Below the pieces are notes generated by a model. That model did no database searches. It had not been told where the DNA came from and saw only the letters and a list, made by a program, of their open reading frames with translations. Of a DNA stretch of 64,000 nucleotides, positions 31,920 to 44,009 are shown piece by piece (positions within the stretch are counted from its first letter, which is position 1; the number at the start of each line of letters is the position of its first letter). This stretch comes from Trypanosoma brucei (lineage: Eukaryota), in contig CP000068.1 of the NCBI GenBank assembly GCA_000002445.1, forward strand, positions 800,001-864,000, read 5' to 3'. The position numbers were made by a program, and so were the translations under genes.

Positions 31920-34712
31920 ATGTGCCACCGTCTCGTCCTTCCACTTCCTCCTTCGTTCCTTTGCGTCCCGTCCGTTGTTGAAGGCTACGGGGTTTTTGAT
32001 TACAGTTCGGGTGAAGGTGAAGTTGATGTCGTGTATGACTTCAGCAGCCAGCTCTGTTCTCAGCATCCGCAGCTGCGGTCGTATGTTGATCAACTGTGTG
32101 AATTCCTACATAAAACACGCCTCATTCAGTATAACCCTGATGATTTCTTTCGTCTTATGCCTGATGATTGCGACGAAGGCGGTGACTGTTGTGAGGCGCT
32201 GCGGCATCCGGACGGACGATTAGTTGAGTTGGAGGAGTTGCAACGTATGCGTCACCTCTGCGATTCCTTCGCAACAATAATGCCGAGTGGGGCCGCTTTA
32301 TTTGACGTGATGAACGTACTTATCAGGGACGGTCCACCTCCGGCAGCGGCGGATTGTTTGCATTCCTTCTACTCTGAAACAAGGCTTCTCATGATGAACA
32401 GGAAGAGAAGACAACAAAACGACGCGGCACGCTTAACGCTGTGCTTACCACAGGAAACAGATAGGAAGGAGGCGGAAGATGCAGAAGGGCAACAAAAACA
32501 GCGGCAACGAACAGACCGCGTGATGCGAGCACTTTTGGGACACGGCATGGGGCCCAAGAAGCAGCATGAGGTGCGCGTCATGCGTGACACCGTAATTGAT
32601 GTGATTAGCTGCTGCAACCGCTCACTACATCCAGAAGAGTGTGTTCGGACGGTAATGAATGTTGGTGAGGGGAAGGGATACGTTTCCCGTGCGTTCGCTC
32701 TCTGTGACGGGCTGCAGGTTGTTGGGCTTGACTGTAATCCTGCACACAAGGAACGAGCAGTAGAACGCGTTTCTCATCTTCTGCATGGATATCTAAATGT
32801 GGACGCGTCCTGCCCATCTATGACTGGCCGCGACATGATTAACTTCTTGTATGAACCCAGAGGGCACATGGCAACTGTTGTCTGCACGGTAAAAGCATCC
32901 GTAGACTGGTGTGCCGTGTTGCGCGGACACGTGCGATTACTGAAAGGCGGTGAATGCTGTTCACACGATTCAATAGTTTCTATTGATGAAAAGGCTTTGG
33001 CAAACCCGTGGGAGCTGGAGGAATATGGGATTGTGGGGGATGAACCAACAGAAAAAAGAAGGGGGAACGGTTTAAGTTGCTTACGAGATCAACTCGCTAG
33101 TGCAACAGCAAAGTTACAATGCCTTATCTGTGGTCACATTCTTGTTCGAAGTGCTCCAACAGCAATTGTCCGGCACGCGCGACACCACCTTCAATCCGAC
33201 CATACCAAAGCCTCAGATACGGAAGCCGCGCCATTCCCATCAAGAGATGTAGTGAATAAATGGAACTGCGATTTACCTGTTGGGGCATTCGTTGCGAAGT
33301 TAATAGACGCATTTTTTATCGAAATCAAAGCCGAACGCCGCAATACCCCCATCGCCGTTAAGCATTCGCGCTCCGCATCTCAAAATGATGACTTTAACCG
33401 GGAGGAGAGCACGGAGGTGGAGAAAAGAAAATTCGTGTCTGGACAGCGTTTGCTTTATGGAGAATGGACGGACGTGCGGTTACCACGAGGAACACGCGCA
33501 GAGGTTCTGGCACCGATTAAAGGAAAGCAACATCAAGAGCAGGAGGTTAATAATCGGGGCACTTGCACAACAAATGGCACTACTGAAGATGTCGTGTATT
33601 CCTACGCCGAAATCTGTGTCACTATTGTTGGCTACGACTGTGCACACAACCAACACTTCATCATACGGGATGATGGAAGGCGCAAAGAGGGAATTACACT
33701 GCTGCAGCACTCTCAGCCTATAGCGACGCCGCTTGATGAGTCCCCCAAACGTAGCGTTAATACTCCAGCGGCGGAGACTGCATGGTCAGAAAAGGTAATG
33801 TTTCTTTTGCGCATACAACCGTTTCCACCGACGGTAGCACCCGCCATTCGTGTCCCTAGTCTCAGCAACGTCCTGATGATGGGACTGCACACGTGCGGGG
33901 ACCTCGGCTCTAACATTTGCCGGCTTTTTGTGTCTGGTGCCTCACCAGGGCTTGTGCTTGTCAGCTGTTGTTGGCACGCACTAACAAATGATGGTTTTCC
34001 ACTCAGTCGCGAGTTTCAGCAGCGCGGGTGGCGCGTAGAAATGCTGTCACTGATGCTGGCTACACAACCATTTGACATGTGGACAACAGCATCTCCAGAG
34101 GGGCATCGCGACTCGGCAGCTCTGCTATTTTATCGAAGTTTGCTGAAGCGATTGTGGGTGCGCCTGCAGGGACGTTGGCGGCAGCTGACCGTGAATATGA
34201 GCCAGTCTACATCATCATGTTGTTGTTCTCTGGTTAATGTACCACATCTGGAGCCGGCTTTCCTGCGTCGGATGGCCAAGGTGAAACATAGTGTAACTTT
34301 AGACACGTTGTACATGGAGGCCTGCCGTGAGTATTTTTCCTCCGACTCTGATGGAAAATGGGAACACATGTGGCATCACACCTCCTGTGAACAGCGGGTT
34401 TGCCACTCGTGTCGGGCAGCACAAATGAAGTTCTTGGCGGATGAGGAAAATATAGCACTTGCATCTCGAATGGGGCGTGAATACTTCGACAAGTATTTCT
34501 CGCCCTTTCTCGGTCTCACAATCCTACGAATGTGGATGTGTCACCTAGTGGAAACATTACTTCTTTTGGATAGGACATTTTATCTAACTGAGTCTCTGAT
34601 AACTGAGGGTCGTGGTGGTGGTTCTGTGGTTTCTCTTGTTCCGCTTTTTGATGGTTCTATTTCCCCACGCATGTACGGCATTTTGGCCCGTCGTTTTCCC
34701 GTGGCGCAATAA
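31920..34712 (+). CDS. Methyltransferase-like protein (Methyltransf_32 / METTL25-RRNAD1-like) with an internal C2H2-type zinc finger.
   Basis: 930 aa. 'NVLMMGLHTCGDLGSNICRLF' matches the 'GLHACGDL' core of the METTL25/RRNAD1 family. 'CLICGHILVRSAPTAIVRHARHH' fits C-x2-C-x14-H-x3-H. The start may lie downstream of 31920, because the N-terminus is not obviously conserved. Confidence 0.55.
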   Translation: MCHRLVLPLPPSFLCVPSVVEGYGVFDYSSGEGEVDVVYDFSSQLCSQHPQLRSYVDQLCEFLHKTRLIQYNPDDFFRLMPDDCDEGGDCCEALRHPDGRLVELEELQRMRHLCDSFATIMPSGAALFDVMNVLIRDGPPPAAADCLHSFYSETRLLMMNRKRRQQNDAARLTLCLPQETDRKEAEDAEGQQKQRQRTDRVMRALLGHGMGPKKQHEVRVMRDTVIDVISCCNRSLHPEECVRTVMNVGEGKGYVSRAFALCDGLQVVGLDCNPAHKERAVERVSHLLHGYLNVDASCPSMTGRDMINFLYEPRGHMATVVCTVKASVDWCAVLRGHVRLLKGGECCSHDSIVSIDEKALANPWELEEYGIVGDEPTEKRRGNGLSCLRDQLASATAKLQCLICGHILVRSAPTAIVRHARHHLQSDHTKASDTEAAPFPSRDVVNKWNCDLPVGAFVAKLIDAFFIEIKAERRNTPIAVKHSRSASQNDDFNREESTEVEKRKFVSGQRLLYGEWTDVRLPRGTRAEVLAPIKGKQHQEQEVNNRGTCTTNGTTEDVVYSYAEICVTIVGYDCAHNQHFIIRDDGRRKEGITLLQHSQPIATPLDESPKRSVNTPAAETAWSEKVMFLLRIQPFPPTVAPAIRVPSLSNVLMMGLHTCGDLGSNICRLFVSGASPGLVLVSCCWHALTNDGFPLSREFQQRGWRVEMLSLMLATQPFDMWTTASPEGHRDSAALLFYRSLLKRLWVRLQGRWRQLTVNMSQSTSSCCCSLVNVPHLEPAFLRRMAKVKHSVTLDTLYMEACREYFSSDSDGKWEHMWHHTSCEQRVCHSCRAAQMKFLADEENIALASRMGREYFDKYFSPFLGLTILRMWMCHLVETLLLLDRTFYLTESLITEGRGGGSVVSLVPLFDGSISPRMYGILARRFPVAQ

Positions 34713-35331
34713 AAAGGAGCCACACTCTCCTGCTGCCCTTCTCGTCAGTGTTATTCACATGAGTGGCTGCTTATGTGCTGTTATGTCATAACACAAATTT
34801 TGGTTGCTGTTAACTTTTCTCATGCATTGGGCAGTGCATGTTCACTTGTACTTACGGCAGCTGGGGAAGTTGATGCATGGTTGCCATCACTATTATTATT
34901 ATTATTTATTGGTGCGGTTTACTTTCGTGGTAATGCTCGAACTTCCGGATTCCATTAACATTCTTCAGCAGGTAGCACTGTAAAGTGTTCTGTGGTTGAC
35001 GTTGACTTGTTGTTCGCTCGCAACACGTACCAGCACGCGTTTGTACAGCTTATGAAATGAGTTTAACGCTGTGTCCTTACCTTGGGAGTTTGAAGCGAGG
35101 GTAGCAGTTGAAATGGAACATTCAAATGCAGACACACACCAGCACGCATGCCTAGAAATGTGGTGAAGTGCAATACCGTCCAATCTTTTTTTCTGCTTTC
35201 TTATATTAGTTTCTTCATTACTACATTTCCCAATTCAAAACGACACACCACGGGAGTTCGCTATCTTCGGGTTGCTTTGAAATTCCGAAGCCGATCCCGC
35301 TTTAGCAGTGGGGGTCACTACCCGTTCTATT

Positions 35332-36249
35332 ATGAACAGTGACCCCAATGCCTCCGTTACGCGCCTTAATCTCTCAGAGAGTGTTGCTGCTCTACCAACA
35401 TCAGGAGGCTCGTCGATGCCGTCCTGGGCGGATACGTCACTTCTAGTAAACGCGTACTCGACTCAAACGGGAATGGGCAACGACGGGAAACCCCCCGTTG
35501 TCCACTCGTTGAAGACAGACATTGCTCCACACTATTCTGGTCGATTGCATTGTGTGCAGAGGGAACCGGTCGCTGGCGCATCAAATGCTTCTAACTTGAC
35601 ACGAACGGAACGTAATTACCATGCTGAAATTAGTGTTCTGTGGCGGCTACTGCATTCGGAACGGGCTGCACTTCAAGCCACTGAGCGACGCGTGTTTGAG
35701 GAGCAGGAGAGGGGTATGCGAGGCATTATAAGCACTGAGGCCAATTATGGTGCCAAACTTCTTCACGCGTTTCTACTCGAATCATTAGACTTACAAACAA
35801 CCACTGATGATTGGACACCCCCTGTGAGGGAAAAAAAAGATAGGTGCCCCCGAATTCACATGGAAAGGGCAAAGGCGCGGTCTGCGGGTAAAAAAACACC
35901 GTTAGATTCAAATCAAAGCGCTCCACCGGACTCGTCTTCCCCTTCAGTTCCATCGTACGAGCAACTGCGTGAAGAGAACCGTCTGCTGCGTGCCGAGGTG
36001 GAGCGGTACAAGGCAATAGATACGGAAGATCGCCTAGAGCTGAACAAGATGCACCGCAGCATGAGGGCGACGATTACCCAACTCGTTCATGAGTGTTCAA
36101 AACTTCACGCGGAACTTTCCAGACACGAAAAAGCTCCAGGCGCGGCACCAGTAGCTGTGGTACAGTCACCTTGTTTAGGTGAGTCGGATTCCGCTTTTGC
36201 TGAGGTTTCATATAGTTGGGCCAATCATGCATCACATCACACCAAATAA
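35332..36249 (+). CDS. Hypothetical coiled-coil protein (305 aa).
   Basis: The first ATG is at 35332; the track start at 35308 is GTG. Coiled-coil region 'LREENRLLRAEVERYKAIDTEDRLELNKMHRSMRATITQLVHECSKLHAELSRHEKA'. A polypyrimidine tract at 35160-35235 lies upstream. Confidence 0.5.
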   Translation: MNSDPNASVTRLNLSESVAALPTSGGSSMPSWADTSLLVNAYSTQTGMGNDGKPPVVHSLKTDIAPHYSGRLHCVQREPVAGASNASNLTRTERNYHAEISVLWRLLHSERAALQATERRVFEEQERGMRGIISTEANYGAKLLHAFLLESLDLQTTTDDWTPPVREKKDRCPRIHMERAKARSAGKKTPLDSNQSAPPDSSSPSVPSYEQLREENRLLRAEVERYKAIDTEDRLELNKMHRSMRATITQLVHECSKLHAELSRHEKAPGAAPVAVVQSPCLGESDSAFAEVSYSWANHASHHTK

Positions 36250-37627
36250 ACGGAGGACGCGCGCCTTACCGTTACATGGTTGTCGATGACAAGGAGCCAA
36301 CGCAATTTTTGGTTACGCGGCAAGCCGAGCCCGCTCTCGTGTGGGACATCGTGGGAACGGTAACATCAGCATTCAAAAGGCGGGAAGGAACCACACCAAA
36401 CGAATGAAAATGTGTGGGACCGGAGCTCTTTTGTTGGGGGATGTGATTTTGTGGTGAATCAGAGGGGTCTTAACGTCTGTTGTTTTCCCTTTCATCCCTA
36501 CTTTCTGTGGGGGCTCATATCGCTTCTCGCACTGTTAGTGATGTACCATGCACTTCATCTGATCCTTTACTTCTTTTTTGCGTTCGACACCATTTTTGCC
36601 GGTCGTACTCGCCAAGTTTCACTGCGTTTCCAGTTGGTCGCTATGTGAATTTTTTTTGTGAAGTGGAGGCTTCTTTTCCTCATCTTTTCTCCACCCAGTA
36701 CCAGTCTCTAAACTTTTCTTCAGTGACAGTTGCTTTTGTACTTTAAGGTGGTATGCGGCTCCAAGGTATGTGCAGCCCCATGTTTCCATAACCCAGAACT
36801 GAGGGTGGCTTCATACGGATACTTTCATTGTCGCGATATCTCTTGTTTAGAGAAAACTGCTTTAATATTGTTGGGCCGTGTGATTAGTGGTAGGTGTTTT
36901 AGTGCCTATTCTCATTGTCTAATCACATACCTTCCCCGGTCTACTGGTGGTACGTGGGGTCAATAGGCATCAAGAAAGCGAGCAGGTTAGGGATATGTGG
37001 AGACTTGCCTCACTTATGCTTCGGGCTAACTCTGTATTTGTGTGACTCGGTATCACTGCTTCATATGCACTTCCGTGCTACCGCGTGTGTGTGTGTGTCT
37101 GTGTTTGCTTCGGCTGCCTCATTTTGGTCGGCAGTGCCTTCCACTGGAGTGACGCGTCAGCTTTGGAATCTCTGGGTGGCACTTCTTTCGCAAGATGTTT
37201 TGATTCAGTCATTTCACCCATATTTTGTTTTTGGCGTTACCTGCTGCTTTTCTTTTCGTGTGTTCATTTTTAAGTAAAGTTTAACTTTAAAAAGAAAAAA
37301 GAGAAGGAATAAGGAAATAGAGGGATAATCGGTAAGGAGCCACATTCAGGGAGACAAAGGGTTTCGGGTAAAGGGAGAGGAAGTAATTATAACCACAGAA
37401 ACTGAAACAAAGGTGGAAGAAAGTTAAGTAAACAGTAGGAAAGAGAGCAGGAGAGAAGTAAAACGGACCATAGGGGAACACCCATATACTTTTCACTTCT
37501 GTAGACAGGAAATAGGGAAGAAAGTGAAGAAGATATTATTCGACACTAATCCGCAGGAACGGTATACATAAGTTTTCAAAACTTATTTGTGTTTCTGGTG
37601 TCGGCTTTCCGCAGACGTTCAGTGGAA

Positions 37628-38986
37628 ATGCACGTACTTGGCAGAGATCCTACGTCCAACTGCCTCCCCAATGCTAGTGGAGATGAGGCCAAACAAATGA
37701 ATGGGCGTGCACGTAACCCTTATGCTGCAAGAAATGGTTTCAATGTCAACAGCGGGGAAGAAACGCAATGTAGCCCGATTGGTTCACCTATAAACCCACA
37801 TTGTCGCGAGGGTTCTGGAGAATACGCGGTGCAACCCGTTAACGTACAGGCGCGTTACCGTCTGCAAAGCCCACCAATATCTTTTGCATCGGGAAATCCA
37901 TCATTTCCCACCTCACCGCGTGATAGTGCTCTACATTCCACGCCACACGTGCGTAGTTGCAGTAACTCTTTTCCTTGCGATGGATTTTGTAGGCCAAACC
38001 CTTCTGGCCAGACGTTTAGCCCGGCGATGGGGAGGTCCCCTGATTTTAGTAACGATCCCAACATGTGCATGCCACCGTACCCCGGCGGTTACACGCCTTC
38101 AGGTTTTGTTATGCCTCCTGCACTTGCAACGGCTGCACCACCACCTCGTACTGATGTGATGGGGCGCGCACCGGTACCCGACGGTCAAGCGTCCATGCGA
38201 CCCAAGCGGCCGGTGAGTTCACCCATCGCTTGCGGTCATGGCTCCCGTTACGTCTCACCGGTTGTGTTGTCCGTTTCACCAAATTATCAAGTTGGATCCC
38301 ACCCGCTGTGTAACCCAACAGGTCCCCAATCCGTTGGGTGTAATAATGTGCATGTTGCAGTTGGCAGCGTGGAGCCCGCTCAAAGCGCACACTCCAAAAT
38401 GACTACGGGTGATGGGAGTTCAACCGTGTCTGGTGGTAGTGGTAGCTCTATTCGTGAGGACTTACCCTTGTGTTCCAATGATGGCGTATGCACGTTAATT
38501 AACGACCGCAAACATCAGCGACGGTTTGCACATACCTGTCGTCTGTTCCCTTGTTATCATGGACACATAGCGCGGCATTCAAAACTGTTCCGGCATGCAC
38601 CTGGACAAGTTGCACAGTCGGAGGAACTGCTCAACAACGGCGATGGGTCAAAGAAACTTCCTGCAGAGGCGCTGACAAGCGTAAGTTTCAGTTCTATCAG
38701 TCGCGAGGCCGCCAACGCCTATCGTATCATTGTTAGTCACAGAAATAAAAGTTATGAAATATTCGGTGACTGGATGAATGTCCGTGTGCATACCTTTAAG
38801 CGTTACTTAAATCAGGTGTATAACGTGCCGCCACCATCGCAAGTGCTAGTGCGGGAGGAAGGCAATGTCCCACTCGATGACGATCTTGAATCTGTAGGAC
38901 ATTATGGCATTAAACAGGATGGTGTGGTGATTCTAAGGTGGAAGGATGAAGATGAGCCTCTTGCTGTTTCTCTTGAACAGCTGTAA
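37628..38986 (+). CDS. Hypothetical protein with a Cys/His putative zinc-binding motif and a C-terminal ubiquitin-like domain.
   Basis: The first ATG is at 37628; the track start is GTG. 'CSNDGVCTLINDRKHQRRFAHTC' (C-x5-C-x7-H-x5-H) is reminiscent of PBZ-type fingers but does not fit the consensus. The C-terminus 'PPSQVLVREEGNVPLDDDLESVGHYGIKQDGVVILRWKDE' has a ubiquitin-like pattern (inference). The N-terminal half is Pro/Ser-rich low complexity. Confidence 0.5.
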   Translation: MHVLGRDPTSNCLPNASGDEAKQMNGRARNPYAARNGFNVNSGEETQCSPIGSPINPHCREGSGEYAVQPVNVQARYRLQSPPISFASGNPSFPTSPRDSALHSTPHVRSCSNSFPCDGFCRPNPSGQTFSPAMGRSPDFSNDPNMCMPPYPGGYTPSGFVMPPALATAAPPPRTDVMGRAPVPDGQASMRPKRPVSSPIACGHGSRYVSPVVLSVSPNYQVGSHPLCNPTGPQSVGCNNVHVAVGSVEPAQSAHSKMTTGDGSSTVSGGSGSSIREDLPLCSNDGVCTLINDRKHQRRFAHTCRLFPCYHGHIARHSKLFRHAPGQVAQSEELLNNGDGSKKLPAEALTSVSFSSISREAANAYRIIVSHRNKSYEIFGDWMNVRVHTFKRYLNQVYNVPPPSQVLVREEGNVPLDDDLESVGHYGIKQDGVVILRWKDEDEPLAVSLEQL

Positions 38987-41900
38987 GAAGGTTTCATTAC
39001 TTTGTTTTTTTTCTTTTACCGCATGGCATCGTGGTAAAAGGAAAAAAATATATATATATATATGTGTATGTGTTTATATATATATATACGTGTTTATATA
39101 TGTTTATAAAGAACGAAAGGAAAAGGAAAAAAAAGAGCAGTGGGAAGGTGATGCCAAAAATAAACGCTGTTTCGTGCTAATGAACTGGTGGTGGAAAATG
39201 TGGAGAGGAAGAGGAAAAAAAAAAGAAAAAGAAAGGAGCGAATTCGTAATTATATTCAATTATACACGCGCGCACCTGCCACGGAACATTGGCAAAAAAT
39301 ACATAAATCTATTGATATATATATATATATATATCAACAAATATATCTCTCCCTCGAATTTTAACAAACCCTTCACTTCCCAATATAATAAAATGCAACC
39401 GGCAAGCCAAAGGTGCGGTGACACCTCAACATTTGGAAAAAAAAATAAGTCAACACAAACATACGCAGACAACGAGAGAAAGAGAGAGAGAGAAGAAGAA
39501 ACAGAAAGAAAAGAAATAAGAAAAAAATTTATAATAATAACGATGATGATGATAATACTGAACGGAAGCAGAAAAATTATATATATATATATATATATGA
39601 GTTATCATACGTATGTATATTTAGGTGAAGGTATTCCGAAGAAGAAGGAGGGGGGAAAAGTAGAGAGTGTGAAAGTGTAAAAGAGTTGAAGAGGAAAAAA
39701 AATAAATAAAAGAATATATATATATATATATTATATATATAAGAATTGAGATGAGATGAAATGGAAAAAGGTGAAGCAACTGAGTTAAATGAAAAAAAAA
39801 AATGCTCCTTCAATAGCCTAATGGCTGTAGTGCAGTTGGCAACACAAATGTGGCGTTGTTGTTGTGCTTTGCGGCTTCAACTATTGTGTTATTTGTTTAG
39901 TAATACTGTGGTTGTTTTCTCTACTAATCTTGTCATCATATATTTGTATGTCTGCATACGCCTGTGTTTTTATAAATTGGAGAGGAGGATAATGAGAGTT
40001 CCACTAAGGAAGAGAGAAAGAAAGAAAGAAAGAAAAGGACAAATGTGAGGGAAAATTTAAAAAAGATATATATATGAGTTAAATGACTTGGTTGTGGTGA
40101 GATGAGAAATAAATAAATAAATAAAAGACGTTGAAGCATTATAGACAACACGAAAGAATGAGTAAATAGACAACTTTACGACATTTATACCTAAACTCTT
40201 TTTTTTCCTTTGTTTGTTCGTTTGTTTTGAAAAGAAGAGAAGAGAATAAAGGAACTTAGGGATATTGAAACAGTAACGAGTGTGTGAGGGAAAAGTAGTC
40301 AAAAGGAGAGAAGAAGGTGAAAAAACAAAAAAAACAAAAGAAAAGAAGAAAAACGAAAAAGTTGTGACGGTAAAGAGGGGTTCATTTTTTTTCCTTTTCT
40401 TTAATTTTATTTTTCATTTGGTTGTTTCTTTTGTTTAAAAAAAAAAAAGAAAAAAGATGTGAAGTTATTGCGGAAGGTGACTAAATAAATAATTAAGTAA
40501 CGTGGACTTCACGCACGATGATAAGGAGACACAAACGCACAGGCACACAAAAATAAATAAATAAATAACGACAGGGATAAAAAGAAGAGGTTAATTTAAG
40601 CTTAAAAACAAAAAAAAAATATATATATATATATAACAAACGCTCCTTTGAAATTATTAATTGTTTTTTTTATCAATCTAAAGGAAAAGATATGCAAATA
40701 TAAATGAATGCATACTGAAATTTTAAAGAATAAAGAAAAAAGTTTAAACCAGAGCGATTAATAAAGATAAAAGAAAATTAAGATGATAATGAAAAAGAAA
40801 AAAGAAAAAAAACGTTCCCAATTAATTTAAATGGGTGATGTTCCTCATGTTTTCAATTGTTTATTGTTTCCTTTTTCCAATGTCAGAGAAGACAACAACA
40901 AAAGATTAAATGTCCCCCTTTTTTTTCCTTTTGTTTTTTTTTGCGTACTTCCGTCTTTTTTTTTCCTTGTATCGTTCATAATAAATCCTTCTAGTGAATG
41001 CAATGGAAAGAAAAAGTGAAGAAGAGATAAGGTTCTCCTTCTTCCATTTTTTCTTTTTTTTATTGTATATCTCTCGTGTTATTTATGTATTTATATATAT
41101 TTTTTCCCTCTAAAGTTCGAGGGAACAAAAACGATATGTTTACTGCGGAATTCCAAGATTAATGAAGGGCAAGTGCCGAAAGGGAAAGAGAGAAGGGGAG
41201 GGGAGGGGAGAGGGGGAAAAAAAAAGAAGTAAACAAAGTGGGAAATATTTGTTTTTCCTTTTGATTTTTTTAATTTTTGTTTTTAAAGGAAGAACTGACG
41301 CATCTCTGGATGCGTGATGTGTGTGAGATAAAAGGGAAAAAGGGAGATTAATGAGGCGTTGAGGGGAGTGGGTAAATTAATATATACAATTTGTTTTCAT
41401 GCGATTTTGTTCCGAATTGTTTTCTTATGTTTTTTGTGTCCACTTCATTTTTGTTTGGTTTCATTCTTTTTTTTTCCTCTATTTTGCTGTTTGTTCTTCA
41501 CAATTTATCTCTTCTTTTTTTGTTTTTTTTGTGCTTATATATATATATATATATATTTATTTATATTTGTTTATGGTGTTACTTTCTCTCCATTTACTAT
41601 TAATTGCCTTTCAATTTTTTTTCTTACACTTACTCTTTACCTTTAATTGTTTCTTCTTTACTTTTCAATTTAAATATTTTGTTTTTTTTTCTCCTTACAA
41701 AAGAAAAAAAATTCCTTAACTAACTTCATATAATTGTAGACTCTCTGTGATTGAAGGTAAATATGAGTGGCAGTTTGAGTGAGGTTTTGATGTGACTTCC
41801 TTTTCGTTTTTGTGTTTTTTTTATTTTTGTCGTTGTTTCCTTTCTTCTCTTTTTTTTTTTTAGAAAAAAAATCCCCTACATTATTCGCCAGCATAACTTT

Positions 41901-44009
41901 GTTTTCTTTTTCTTTTTTCATTTTCATTTCTCTCCCTTCCTCCTTTTCCCCTCCTTTTAGTAACTTATTTGGGATATTTGGCAACAGAAGAGATGAAAAC
42001 GGAGGGAACCGCATTGTATCTTCTCATTTTTTGTTTTTTTTGTTTTTGCACCTTTTCCTTTAAATTCCATATCTTATGTTGTGTCGTGAGATGGTGACTT
42101 TTTTTATGTTTTTTTTTTAAAGAAAATTAATTAATGAGAAAATGTGTATTTTAAACATTTCATGTCGCCGTTTGTGTGTGTGTGTGTTGTTGTTGTTGTT
42201 TTTTAGCGAAGAGACAAAATAGCGGAAATGACAAAAAAACCAAAAGAGTAAAAAGGAGGAGTGAAGGTTAGGGCTGGAGTGGAATAAATTAAAAAAAAAG
42301 AAAAGGAGACAAAGAGAAGTAAAAACACAAAACGATTCTGAAATTTAAAAATAAAAAAAGGGGAAGGCAGGTAGCGAATGCGTCAAGCGGTGAGAAAACG
42401 CGTTCAGCTCTCGACACTTCCGCATTTTTTTTTCCCTGTCGTGTTGGTGTTTTATTTCGTTTTTAATAACCGGAACATGTTCGATTTTTTTTTTTTCTGA
42501 AAAAGAAAAAAAAAGGGAAGTTGAGGATATGAGTGAGTAAATGCGCGTCTTATTTTTGAGTTTGTGGCACTTCTGATTTTAATAAAGAACAGTGTGAGGG
42601 GTAGGGGAGAGAGAAAAAGTCCTTTTCATCTTGTTTACGTGACCCGCTACACTTTTGAATTAAGTTGCGGCAGTTAATCCCACAGTCTTTTTTTTTTGCG
42701 TAAATGAGATGCAAATTAAACAGGAAGGGAAAGAGAATAAACAGAGAGAAGAGAGGGGGGGGGGGGAAATAGAATGGTGAAAGAGTTTTCGTGATTTTAT
42801 TCCCTCTTGTGTTTTTTTTTTCCTCCTCTCCCCCCCATGATGTGGAAGATCCTCTTGATTTGTGGTGTATTTCATTTTGGTAGTGTTCCAACTCTCTCAA
42901 TTTTTCCCCATTTTTTCTTAAAAACCTTACGAGTTTGTTTGTTTGTTTGTTTTCCCCCCTCCTCCTCCTCTATGTTTCCATCCATCCATCCATCCATCCA
43001 TCCATCTCCTAAATTGACCTTCAGTTGTATATAAATACGACCCCATCCCTTCTAATTTTTTGTTGATGTTTTCCCGTTTTTTTTCTCTCTCTGCATGTGT
43101 GTGTGTGTGTGGTGTGTGGTGATTATTGTTAAAATTACTACTATTAATATTATTATTACCTTATATATTTTTTTTCCCTTTTCAATTTTGTGTTACACAT
43201 ATCAAAATAACGTACGCCACCTCAACCACCTCGTCTACTCGATTGCTTTCTTTTTTGTGTGTGTGTACGACAAAAAAGAAAATTCCACACAAACACACCA
43301 CACACATGCGCATTACACTCCAAAGTGTTTAACATGAAATGAAGGAAAAAACAAAATAAAATAAAGGAGGAAAGGAAGAAGGAAGGAAGGAAATAAAGGA
43401 GAGCGCGCATTAAAATGCATGGTGATGTTTGAGCAGCGCTAAACTTCCACATCTTTTTTTGCTTCCTTTTATATTTAACAACCTGATTTACTTCTTTTTT
43501 GTTTTTTACTCCCCTCTCCCTTCATTTTTTTGTTCTAGTCACTAACCTTCATCGCCATCAATCCCTCTTTTTCGTTTGTTTATTGTTTCGCTGTTTTTTT
43601 TTTCACTTTTTCGTTTACACGTTTTTGCTCTCGGTGGTGGTGGCGGCGGTGTTTTTTTTTTCTTTTTTTTTCCTCACTTGTTGATCTCTCTCCCTATAGC
43701 TGTGTTCGGTAATTGTAGTTGTAGAAGTTACACCGCTGTTTAACGTCTGCTATTTTACATATTTGCATTTGCGTAGGAGTGCAGTTGTGCATTAAAGCTC
43801 CTCTTTTCCCTCTTTCCTTTTTTCTTCTTTTTTGAACTCTTTTTTTTTTTAAAAAAAAAACATTTTAACTTGCCTTTTCTTCTTCTTGTTGTTGGATATG
43901 CTTTTAGCGTCGTGTGGTGTCGCATATAGCACAAGAAGCGAGAGGGAGGAAGAGGGAAAAGAAAAAAGAAAAGAATTCCCTTTCCGCACATAGTTCGCAC
44001 AGTTATATC
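38987..44009. repeat. A ~5 kb ORF-free, AT-rich low-complexity region made of alternating homopurine (GAAA/AAAT/AG-rich) and homopyrimidine (T/CT-rich) blocks with many microsatellites.
   Basis: No credible ORF on either strand; the track ORFs here translate poly-Lys/Phe/Ile repeats. (TA)n runs lie near 39048-39070, 39315-39335, 39578-39600, 39715-39740, 40620-40637 and 41538-41560. (AAAT)n lies at 40108-40125 and 40551-40566. (GT)n lies near 42174-42190 and 43093-43118. (CCAT)n lies at 42978-43006. A G12 run lies at 42755-42766. Confidence 0.6.

Noticed and set aside
38946-39680. 244-aa + strand ORF at the start of the low-complexity region
   Set aside because: Its translation is dominated by (TA)n-derived 'IYIYIY' and by Lys/Glu/Arg runs from GAAA repeats. 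It is a microsatellite artefact, not a protein.
41359-41719. Several overlapping Phe/Leu/Ile-rich ORFs (95-106 aa) in the T-rich block
   Set aside because: They come from poly-T/CT low-complexity DNA in three overlapping frames. There is no start context and no complexity.
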